Assembly: GCA_028826165.1 (NCBI GenBank)
Contig: JAPDFW010000147.1
Coordinates: forward strand, 62,001-126,000
Reading direction: 5' to 3'
DNA from: Anaeramoeba ignava BMAN
Taxonomy: Eukaryota > Protista > Anaeramoebae
Length of the DNA stretch: 64,000 nt
Shown here piece by piece: positions 1-11,298 of this stretch (positions within the stretch are counted from its first letter, which is position 1; each line of letters opens with the position of its first letter). The position numbers and the translations under genes were made by a program. Below the pieces are notes generated by a model that was not told the DNA's origin, did not search any database, and saw only the letters and a program-made list of their open reading frames with translations.

Positions 1-1266
1 CATTTAGTTTTTACACAAGAATCTCAAATTATTTCCATTTTAAATTCTTTAAATGTTCCAAAGAATCATTTTCCTTATATTATTCGGTATAAAATTAAAA
101 AACAACAATAACAATAATAATAATTTAAACTGCAAAAAATTTTTCATTTTTGTTTTAAAAGAAATGAAGCTTATTTTTCACAAGAAATTTTAAAGATATT
201 ATCCCATTTATCAAAATATCCAGAAATGTTGAATGTATGGAAAAAAAATATTTGGGAGATTTTTATGTCAGAAGGATTTTTCCCAATTAAATCACAAACA
301 ATAACATATTGGAAGGAAATTGTAATATCTTTAATAAAAGGAGATGAATCTTTAATTGACGAATTATTGCAAAATCAAGTAAATACTGGAGTGCTTAGTT
401 TTGTTGGGAATTTGGTTAGAAAAGACAGAGAAAATGAGGAAGTTTTATTGAAAATCAAAATTTTACAAAGACTTGCGTTTATTGTTTTATCTTCTTCTTT
501 TAATCAATTGTCTTTTAAAATTGAACAAATTAAACAGTTTTTAATTGATTGTTTGAAATTGAAATCTTCCTCAAATTTAATCAAGTTGATTTTTTTAATT
601 TTGCAAATTTTGATTTATAAGATGGATTATTTAAAAATATCAACTATGTGGCAAATAATTTTACCTGAAATGGTTTGAATATTTAAATTTATTATTTAAA
701 TTTTTAATTCTAATTTTTAATTCTAATTTTTAAACAAAAGATGAAAATTTTTTCACAAAATATTGTCAATCAAGAAATTGTTTTTTCAGGATTAAAATTA
801 TTAGATTTTGTTTTACTTTTAATTCCAGAACATTTTCAAATGTATTTCCAATTTTAAAAAAAATAATTTTATTTTAATTTAATTTTAATTTTAATTTTTT
901 TAGTTTTGATTGGATTTTCTTTTTTGAAAAAGAATCACAAAAGCATCTTTTTAATCAAGAAATTGAATTTATTCCTTATTTTACAAAATTTGGATTAGGA
1001 TTAAAAAATGAAGAAAAACGAAATGAAAATGAAAATAAAAATAAAAATAAAAATAAAAAAGAAGAACAAAAATTCAATAATCAAAATCAATTTAAAAACC
1101 AATTGTTACAAATATTCAAGTTCAAAATCCTGATGAAACAAAAAAAATTATATCTACATTTACATTAGAAGTTTATGAAAGAAATTTATTAGAAAAACCA
1201 ATTGATTTTGAATTTATAGAAAAAATTTTATGGGAAGAAATAATTGGATTTAAAGTTGAAAAATAA
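1..1266 (+). CDS. DOP1: Dopey/DOP1 family protein, C-terminal part (5' end outside window)
   Basis: Exons ~1-86, 162-672, 741-841, 904-1266 with GT-AG introns. Translation WKKNIWEIFMSEGFF...LQRLAFIVLS...MWQIILPEM...GLKLLDFVL..PEHFQIFDWIF resembles the Dopey C-terminal region. One probable homopolymer frameshift near 1095. Confidence 0.8.
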
Positions 1267-1579
1267 AATTAAAAATAAAATTAAAAAGAAAAAGTGGATT
1301 TGGAATTGAAAAAAAAATTTTTTTTTTAATTAACCAATTTTGCTTTTTTTAGGAACGCTTTGAATTTCCCAATTAAAAAAAAAATAAAAAAGAATTTTCT
1401 TTTTTTTGGAATTAAAAATAACAAACACAAAAAAAAAAAAAAATAAAAAATAATTTTCCTTTCAAATGAAGAGATTAAAAAGAACAAACAAAAACAACTT
1501 GCAAATCAACCAAATCAATCAAATCAATCAAATAAAAAAATAAAATAATTAATTAATCCAAAAGAAATAAAATTAAGTG

Positions 1580-4457
1580 TCATTTTAAACAAATTTGTTT
1601 TGTTTGAAAATGAGAAGAATAAATATTTTCTTGAATATTCTTTTGATGAACAACAACATCAATATTTTCATTTTTTCTTTTTCTTGATGGAAAGGGTTGT
1701 TTTGGTGTTGTTTGTTTGTTTTCAAAAGCAAGAATTCCTCGAAAAATTTTTGTAAATTCTTCTCTTGAAATTACTAATTGAAAATCAATAAGAAATAAAA
1801 ATTCCAATTCAAGTTTATTCATTTCTTCTAAAGGAATTCCTCCAACCTATTTTTAATTATTAAAATTATATATAAAATAATTATTAAAATTATTATTATT
1901 AAAATTATTAAAATTATTATTATTAAAATTATATATAAAATAATTATTAAAATTATTAAAATTATTATTATTAAAATAATTATTAAAATTATTAATAAAT
2001 TTTTACTGTTGCATAAAATTTATTATTATAGAATTGATCATCAAAGAATTTTGCAGCACTCATAACACTAATTAAATTAAAAATTAAAAATTAAAAATTA
2101 AAAATTAAAAATTAAAAATTAAAAATTAAAAATTAAAAATTAAAAATTAAAAATTAAAAATTAAAAAAGATAAATAATTACGCTGTAACTAAAAATCGAT
2201 GAATATTATATTTGGTTAAGAAAATATTTGAATTTTGTTTAATAATTCGCAAAATATAAGCAATAGCAACAACAAAACATTGTTGAGAACAACGAAGATT
2301 ATCAACTAGTCTTTGAACATAATCATGAATAGAAATTGAAGGGAGATCAACTGAAAAAATATTATTTGTATCTTTTTCTTCATCCTTTTTTAAAGAAAAA
2401 CAGTAATTCAATTTAATTTAATAAATTCAATTTAATTTAATTTAATTTAATAAATCAATTTAATTTAATTTAATTTAATTTAATTTAATTTAATTTAATT
2501 TAATTTAATTCAATTTAATTCAATTCAATTCAATTCAATTTAATTTAATAAATCAATTTAATTTAATTTAATTTAATAAATCAATTTAATTTAATTTAAT
2601 TTAATAAATCAATTTAATTTAATTTAATTTAATAAATCAATTTAATTCAATTTAATTTAATCAATTTAATTTAATTTAAAAATCAATTTAATTCAATTCA
2701 ATTTAATTCAATTTAATTTAATTTAATTTAATAAAATCAATTTAATTTAATTTAATTTAATAAATCAATTCAATTCAATTTAATTTAATTCAATTTAATT
2801 TAATAAATCAATTTAATTTAATTTAATTCCAATAAATCAATTTAATTTAATTTAATTTAATAAATTCAATTCAATTTAATTTAATAAATCAATACAATTC
2901 AATTCAATTTAATTTAATTCAATTTAATTTAATTCAATTTAATAAATCAATTTAATAAATCAATTTAATTTAATTCAATTCAATTTAATAAATCAATACA
3001 ATTTAATAAATCAATTCAATTTAATTCAAATCAATTTAATTCAATTTCAATTTAATTCAATTTAATTCAATTTAATTTAATTTAATAAATCAATTTAATT
3101 TAATTTAATTTAATAAATCAATTTAATAAATCAATTTAATTTAATTTAATAAAAATCAATTCAATTCAATTTAATTTAATAAAATAAAATCAATTCAATT
3201 TAATTTAATTTAATTCAATTCAATTAATTTAATTTAAAAATTCAATTTAAATTCAATTTAATTTAAATTCAATTTAATTAAATCAATTTTAATTCAAATT
3301 CAATTCAATTTAATAATTTTAATAAATTCAATTCAATTTAATATTTAATTTAATTTAATTAAATTTAATAAATCAATTTAATTTAATTTAATTTAATTCA
3401 ATTCAAATAAATTCAATTTCAATTTATTTAAATTCAATTCAATTTAATAAATCAAATTAATTTAATTTAATTTAATTTCAATTTAATTTAATAAAATTCA
3501 ATTCAATTTAATAAAATCAATTTAATTTAATAAATCAATTCAATTTAATTTAATTTCAATTTAATTTAACAAATCAATTCAATTTAATTTAATTTTAATC
3601 AATTTAATTCAATTTAATTTAATTTAATTTAATAAATCAATTCAATTTAATTTAATTTAATAAATCAATTCAAATCAATTTAATTTAATTTAATTTAATT
3701 TAATAAATCAATTTAATTTAATTTAATTTTAATTAATTTAATTTCAATTTAATTTCAATTTAATAAATCAATTTAATTTAATTTAATTTAATTCAATTTA
3801 ATAAATCAATTTAATTTAATTTAATTTAATAAATCAATTTAATTTAATAAATCAATTCAATTTAATTCAATTTAATTTTAATAAATCAATTTAATTCAAT
3901 TTAATTTTAATAAATCAATTTAATTCAATTTAATTTAATAAATTTAATTTAATTCAATTTAATTTTAATTTAATTTAATTAAATCAATTTAATTTAATTA
4001 ATTTAATTCAATTAAATTTAATAAATCAATTTAATTTAATAATTTAATTTAATTCAATTTAATAAATCAATTTAATTTAATTTAATTTAATTTAATAAAT
4101 CAATTCAATTTAATTTAATAAATCAATTTAATTTAATTTAATTTAATTTAATTCAATTTAATTTAATTTAATAAATCAATTCAATTCAATTTAATAAATC
4201 AATTTAATTTAATAAATCAATTCAATTTAATTTAATTCAATTTAATTTAATAAATCAATTCAATTCAATTTAATTCAATAAATCAATTCAATTCAATTTA
4301 ATTTAATTTTAATAGAAAAAATAAAATTCCAAATAAAAGTAAAAAGGAAAAAAAAGAGTCTAATTTTTATTATTTATTTTCTTACTTCACATAAATTTAC
4401 AAGTTGGCTTAAAAGATTAGAAATATTTGTAGATAATTTAATAAGAAGATGATCCAT
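1580..4457 (-). CDS. PHO80-like / U(P)-type cyclin
   Basis: Exons 4457-4386, 2384-2182, ~2067-2007, ~1846-1580. Spliced product contains [58 protein letters not shown], the signature of PHO80/CYCU cyclins. Confidence 0.9.
2410..4310. repeat. Intronic satellite (AATTT/AATTC pentamers with AATAAATC interruptions), cyclin intron 1
   Basis: About 1.9 kb of tandem pentamers, essentially no G on the + strand, lying within intron 2385-4385. Confidence 0.95.
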
Positions 4458-4677
4458 TTGAAAAGAAAATAAAAAAATAAAAAAAATTAAAAATAAAATT
4501 TTTTATTTAAATTTTTTTTATTTTATTTATGGGGGCAATTGTTTATAAAAAAAAATAATTATTAGTAATTTTTGTTATTTTGTTATTAATTAAGATCAAA
4601 ATAAAAAGCAAATAAAACTTATCTTTATTTTTATTTTTATTTTAATTTTATTTTTTTTTCATTTTTTTATTTGGCAA

Positions 4678-6452
4678 ATGAATGATTGTTTATTTTTTGG
4701 TTATAATGAAAATCCAAAACTTTTCAAAAATGAACCAGATGAAATAACAAAACCAATTCAATTTAAATTTGAAAATGAAAATGAAAATGAAAATGAAAAA
4801 CAAATTAAACAAATTTCAACAGGAGGTTTAGCAACAATTTTACTTTTTGAAAATGGAAAAGCAATAGAATATTTAAATGAAGATGAATTAAATCAAAATC
4901 CTCAAAAATCCAAATTGAAAATATTCAAAAAGTATCTGTTGGTTCTGGAAATGAAGCTATTTTAACAAAAGAAGGAAATGTATTTGCAAGAGGAGAGAAT
5001 ATCAATTCAGAAAATCCAAAAGAATTTATCAATATTTCATCATTAATTGAAGATACAAATGATAGAATAATTAAAGATGTTGTTTGTGGTGTTTCTTCAA
5101 CTTATTTATTAACTTCAAATCAAAATGCTTATGGAATTGGTTCAAATAATAATGGTGAACTTGGCCGTCCTTTACCAAAACATTCAGAAAAACCAATTTT
5201 AATGATGAAAAATGTTTCTAAAATATTTTCAGGAATTGCTTCAAATTTCGTTTTTCTTTTAAATTCAAATCAAGAATTATTTGGATGTGGAAATAATACC
5301 TTTGGTCAACTTGGATTAGGAGGATCAAGAAAAGCAGCAATGATCAAAAAATTAACACAAATCCAAAATATTCCAAAAGGCAAAATAATTGATATTCAAT
5401 CTGGATATTTTCATTCAATAATGTTGATTGAAAATGAAAATGAAAATCCAAAAAGAAAACTTTATTCATGTGGAGATTATGAAAATAATGGACTTGGCAA
5501 AAATCAAAAAACTTATGAATTTACTGAAATCAAATCATCTTTATTTGAAAATGATGATATTCGAGAATTCTCCAGTGAAAGTAATCATACTTTGATTTTA
5601 ACCGAAAAAGGAAATTTTATTGGATTTGGAAGCAATGAAACTGGTGAATTAGGAACTGGAGATACAAAAAATCAATTAATTCCAATTCAAATTGAACTTC
5701 CTAAATTAAGATTTAATGAAGAAATTTCCAATTATCATATTTCTTGTGGATTTGCTAATTCATTTATTTATTATTCTTCTTCTCCTTCTTCTTTTTCCAA
5801 TCTTGAAGAAGATTTGATAAAATTATTTAGAAGAAAAGAATTTTGCAATATTTCATTTAAAACAGAAAATGGAGAAATAATTGAAGCTCATAGATTAATA
5901 TTGAAATATAGATTAAATCAAAATCAAAATGAAATTGAAAAACTTCAAGAAATTATTTCAAAAAAATCAATTAAAGAATCAAATCAAATATTTGAAATGA
6001 TTTATTCAAACAGAATTATAAATCCAAAATTATATTCTGAAATTAAAGAAATTATAAATTCAAATGAAAAAATTGAAGAAACAATGAAAAGAATTTATTT
6101 AAATGAAAATGAAAATGAAAATGAAAAAGATTTTATTATTGAAAGAAAAGAAAAACAATATAAATTCCCAAAATTAATATTAATAATGAGAAGTGAATTA
6201 TATCGAGGAATGTTTTTATCTGTTACTGAAGAGACTTCTAATAAAGTTGCAGATTATAGTGAATTAAGTAATAAATCATTTCAAATATTTGAATATTGGA
6301 TTTATTCAAATCAAATTAAAGATGAAATTCAAATTACACAAGAAATCATTGATGAAATTAAAAAAGGAATTGATTATTTTCAATTAAATCAAACAAATCC
6401 AAATTTATTTGATTTATTAATTAACAAATTTAATAATCAAAATCAAAATTAA
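4678..6452 (+). CDS. RCC1-repeat + BTB/POZ domain protein, copy 1 (1-nt frameshift ~4908)
   Basis: RCC1 motifs (GNNTFGQLG, SGYFHS, GSNETGELGTG) followed by BTB-like segments (FCNISF..IEAHRLIL; DFII...ILIMRSELYRGMF). ORFs 4678-4965 and 5202-6452 join if one A is restored in the A-run at ~4905. Confidence 0.85.
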
Positions 6453-6950
6453 AATTAAAATTAAAATTAAAATTAAAATCAAAATTCAAATCAAAATTAA
6501 AAATTAAAATCAAAATTAAAATTAAAATTAAAATTAAAATTAAAAATTAAAATTAAAATTAAAAATTAAAATTAAAATTAAAATCAAAATTAAAATTAAA
6601 ATTAAAATTAAAATTAAAATTAAAATTAAAATTAAAATCAAAATTAAAATTAAAATTAAAATTAAAATCAAAATTAAAATTAAAATTAAAATTAAAATTA
6701 AAAATTAAAATTAAAATTAAAATTAAAATTAAAATTAAAATTAAAATCAAAATTAAAATTCAAAAATCAAAAAAATTAAAATTAAAATTAAAATTAAAAT
6801 TAAAATTAAAATCAAAATTAAAATTAAAATTAAAATTAAATTTAAAATTAAAATTAAAATTAAAATTAAAATTAAAATTAAAATTAAAATTAAAATTAAA
6901 ATTAAAATTAAAATTAAAATTAAAATTTAAAATTAAAATTAAAATTAAAA
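6450..6950. repeat. (AAAATT/AAAATC)n intergenic spacer between RCC1-BTB copies 1 and 2
   Basis: Hexamer tandem array starting at the stop codon of copy 1. Confidence 0.95.
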
Positions 6951-6994
6951 TTCCAAAATTTTTTTTTCATTTTTTCATTTTTTACTTTTCAAAA

Positions 6995-8771
6995 ATGAAT
7001 GAAATTTTATATTTTGGTTTAAATGAAAATCCAATTCTTTTCAAAAATGAAACAGAAAAGATAAGAAAACCAATTCAATTTAAATTTGAAAATGAAAATG
7101 AAAATGAAAATGAAATTAAACAAATTTCAACAGGAGGTTTAGCAACAATTTTCCTTTTTGAAAATGGAAAAGCAATAGAATATTTAACTGAAAATGATTC
7201 AAATCAAAATCCTGAAAAAATCCAAATTGAAAATATTCAAAAAGTAACTGTTGGTCTTGATAATGAAGTTATTTTAACAATAGAAGGAAATGTATTTGCC
7301 AAAGGAGAAGATATTAATCCAAATAATCCAAATGAATTTATCAATATTTCATCATTAATTGAAGATACAAATGATAGAATAATTCAAGATATTGTTTCTG
7401 GATCTGGTTCAATTTATTTATTAACTTCAAATCAAAATGTTTATGGAATTGGTGATAATGAATATTCTCAACTTGGCCTTGATTCAGAAACACTTCCAAA
7501 AACAGAAAAACCAATTTTAATGATGAAAAATGTTTCTAAAATATTTTCAGGAAATTGTTCAATACATGTTTTTCTTTTAAATTCAAATCAAGAATTATTT
7601 GGATGCGGTAATAATGAAGATGGTCAACTTGGATTAGGAGGATCAAGAAAAGCAGCAATGATCAAAAAATTAACACAAATCCAAAATATTCCAAAAGGTA
7701 AAATAATTGATATTCAATGTGGAAATTTTCATTCAATAATGTTGATTGAAAATGAAGATGAAAATCCAAAAAGAAAACTTTATTCATGCGGGAATTATGA
7801 ATATAATGGACTTGGCAAAGAAGATGAAAACACTTATGAATTTACTGAAATTAAATCATCTTTATTTGAAAATGATAATATTCTTGATTTTTCTGTTGGA
7901 GGATATCATACTTTGATTTTAACTTCCAATTCAAAATTTATTGGATTTGGCAATAATTTTTATGATAAATTAGGAACTGGAGATACTGAACATCAATCAA
8001 TTCCAATTCAAATTGAACTTCCTAAATTAAGATTTAATGAAGAAATTTCTAATTATCATATTTCTTGTGGTAATTTTTATTCATCATTTCTTTATTATTC
8101 CCCTTCTCTTTCTCCTTTTTCCAATCTTGAAGAAGATTTGATAAAATTATTTAGAAGAAAAGAATTTTGCAATATTTCATTTAAAACCGAAAATGGAGAA
8201 ATAATCTAAAGCTCATAAATTAATATTGAAATATAGATTAAATCAAAATCAAAATCAAATTGAAAAACTTCAAGAAATTATTTCAAAAAAATCAATTAAA
8301 GAATCAAATCAAATATTTGAAATGATTTATTCAAACAGAATAATAAATCCAAAATTATATTCTGAAATTAAAGAAATTATAAATTTAAATGAAAAAATTG
8401 AAGAAACAATGAAAAGAATTTATTTAAATGAAAATGAAAATGAAAATGAAAAAGATTTTATAATTGAAAGAAAAGAAAAACAATATAAATTTCCAAAATT
8501 AATATTAATAATGAGAAGTGAATTATATCGAGGAATGTTTTTATCTGTAAATGAAGATACTTCTAATAAAGTTGAAGATTATAGTGAAATAAGTATTAAA
8601 TCATTTCAAATATTTGAATATTGGATTTATTCAAATCAAATTAAAGATGAAATTCAAATTACACAACAAATAATTGATGAACTCGAATCAGGAATTGATT
8701 ATTTTCAATTAAATCAAACAAATCCAAATTTATTTGATTTATTAATTAACAAATTTAATAATCAAAATTAA
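6995..8771 (+). CDS. RCC1-repeat + BTB/POZ domain protein, copy 2 (1-nt frameshift ~8206)
   Basis: Near-identical framework to copy 1. ORFs 6995-8209 and 8226-8771 join if the extra base in ATAATCTAAAGCT is removed (copy 3 reads ATAATTAAAGCT). Confidence 0.85.
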
Positions 8772-9380
8772 AATTAAAATTAAAATCAAAATTAAAATTA
8801 AAATCAAATTTAAAATTTAAAATTAAAATTAAAATTAAAATTAAAATTAAAATTAAAATTAAAATTAAAATTAAAATTAAAATTAAAATTAAAATTAAAA
8901 TTAAAATTAAAATTAAAATTAAAATTAAAATTAAAATTAAAATTAAAATTAAAATTAAAATTAAAATCAAAATTAAAATTAAAAATTAAAATTAAAATTA
9001 AAATTAAAATTAAAATTAAAATTAAAATTAAAAATTAAAATTAAAATCAAAATTAAAATTAAAATTAAAATTAAAATTAAAATCAAAAAAATCAAAATCC
9101 AAAATTAAAATTAAAATTAAAATTAAAATTAAAATTAAAATTAAAATTAAAATTAAAAATCAAATTAAAATCAAAAATTAAAATTAAAATCAAAATTAAA
9201 ATTAAAATTAAAATTAAAATTAAAATTTAAAATTAAAATCAAAATTAAATTAAAATTAAAATCAAAATTAAAATTAAAATCAAAATTAAAATTAAAATTA
9301 AAATTAAAATTAAAAATAAAATTAAAATTAAAATTAAAAATTAAAATTCAAAATCAAAATTAAAATTAAAATCAAAATTC
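8765..9380. repeat. (AAAATT)n intergenic spacer between RCC1-BTB copies 2 and 3
   Basis: Hexamer tandem array beginning at the stop codon of copy 2. Confidence 0.95.
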
Positions 9381-9423
9381 CAAAATTTTTTTTTCATTTT
9401 TTTCATTTTTTTACTTTTCAAAA

Positions 9424-11208
9424 ATGAATGAAATTTTATATTTTGGTTTAAATCAAAATCCAATTCTTTTCAAAAATGAAACAGAAAAGATAAGAAAACC
9501 AATTCAATTTAAATTTGAAAATGAAAATGAAAATGAAAATGAAAAACAAATTAAACAAATTTCAACAGGAGATTTTGGAACAATTTTCCTTTTTAAAAAT
9601 GGAAAAGCAATAGAATATTTAAAAGATTCAAATGAAAAACCTGAAAAAATCCAAATTGAAGAAAATATTCAAAAAGTATCTGTTGGTGCTCAAAATGAAG
9701 CTATTTTAACAATAGAAGGAAATGTATTCGCAAAAGGAAAAGATATTAATTCAAAAAATCCAAATGAATTTATCAATATTTCATCATTAATTGAATATAT
9801 AAACGATAGAGTAATTCAAGATATTGTTTCTGGATACAATTCAATTTATTTATTAACTTCAAATCAAAATGCTTATGGAATTGGTTCTAATCATAATGGT
9901 CAACTTGGTTTTGATTTTAAAACACTTAAAGAAACAAAAAAACCAATTTTAATAATGAAAAATGTTTCTAAAATATTTTCAGGAAATAATTCAACTCATG
10001 TTTTTCTTTTAAATTCAAATCAAGAATTATTTGTATCGGGTGATAATCAATCTTCTCAAGTTGGATTAGGAGGACCAAGAAAAGAAAGAGAAATCAAAAA
10101 ATTAGCCAAAATGCAAATTTATCCAAAAGGTAAAATAATTGATATTCAATGTGGATTTGAACATTCAATAATGTTGATTGAAAATGAAAATGAAAATGAA
10201 AATGAAAATCCAAAAAGAAAACTTTATTCATGTGGATATTGGGAATATAACGGACTTAACAAAATAACTCCATATACAAATGAATTTACTGAAATCAAAT
10301 CATCTTTATTTGAAAAATGATAATATTCTTGAAATTTCTTGTGGAAGCTATCATACTTTAATTTTAACAATAAAAGGGAAACTAATTGGATTTGGCAATA
10401 ATTTATTTGGTGAATTAGGAATTGAAGATACAAAAAATCAACCAATTCCAATTCAAATTGAACTTCCTAAATTAAGATTTAATGAAAATATTTCCGATTA
10501 TCATTTTTCTTGTGGATATTATAAGTCATTTCTTTATTATTCTCTCCCTTCTTTTCTCCTTTTTCCAATCTTGAAGAAGATTTGATAAAATTATTTAAAA
10601 GAAAAGAATTTTGTAATATTTCATTTAAAACCGAAAATGGAGAAATAATTAAAGCTCATAAATTAATATTGAAATATAGATTAAATCAAAATGAAAATCA
10701 AAATGAAAAACTTCAAGAAATTATTTCAAAAAAATCAATTAAAGAATCAAATCAAATATTTGAAATGATTTATTCAAACAGAATAATAAATCCAAAATTA
10801 TATTGTGAAATTAAAGAAATTATAAATTTAAATGAAAAAATAGAAGAAACAATGAAAAGAATTTATTTAAATGAAAATGAAAATGAAAAAGATTTTATAA
10901 TTGAAAGAAAAGAAAACCAATATAAATTTCCAAAATTAATATTAATAATGAGAAGTGAATTATATCGAGGAATGTTTTTATCTGTAACAGAAGATACTTC
11001 TAATAAAGTTACAGATTATAGTGAATTAAGTAATAAATCATTTCAAATATTTGAATATTGGATTTATTCAAATCAAATTAAAGATGAAATCCAAATTACA
11101 CAAGAAATAATTAATGAAATTAAAATTGGAATTGATTATTTTCAATTAAATCAAACAAATCCAAATTTATTTGATTTATTAATTAATAAATTTAATAATC
11201 AAAATTAA
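9424..11208 (+). CDS. RCC1-repeat + BTB/POZ domain protein, copy 3 (frameshifts ~10316 and ~10550)
   Basis: Third tandem paralog. ORFs 9424-10320, 10280-10585 and 10582-11208 are collinear with copies 1 and 2. Confidence 0.85.
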
Positions 11209-11298
11209 AATTAAAATCAAAATTAAATTTTTTTATGTATTTTTTTTATTGAATAGAAATGTTTTTTTTTTAAAAAAAAAAGAATAGAAAAAAGAAAA

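Noticed and set aside
4678-11208. Diversity-generating-retroelement-like mutagenesis (many variable codons are NNT)
   Set aside because: No reverse transcriptase or template repeat is present in the window, and T-ending codons are expected anyway in this AT-rich genome.
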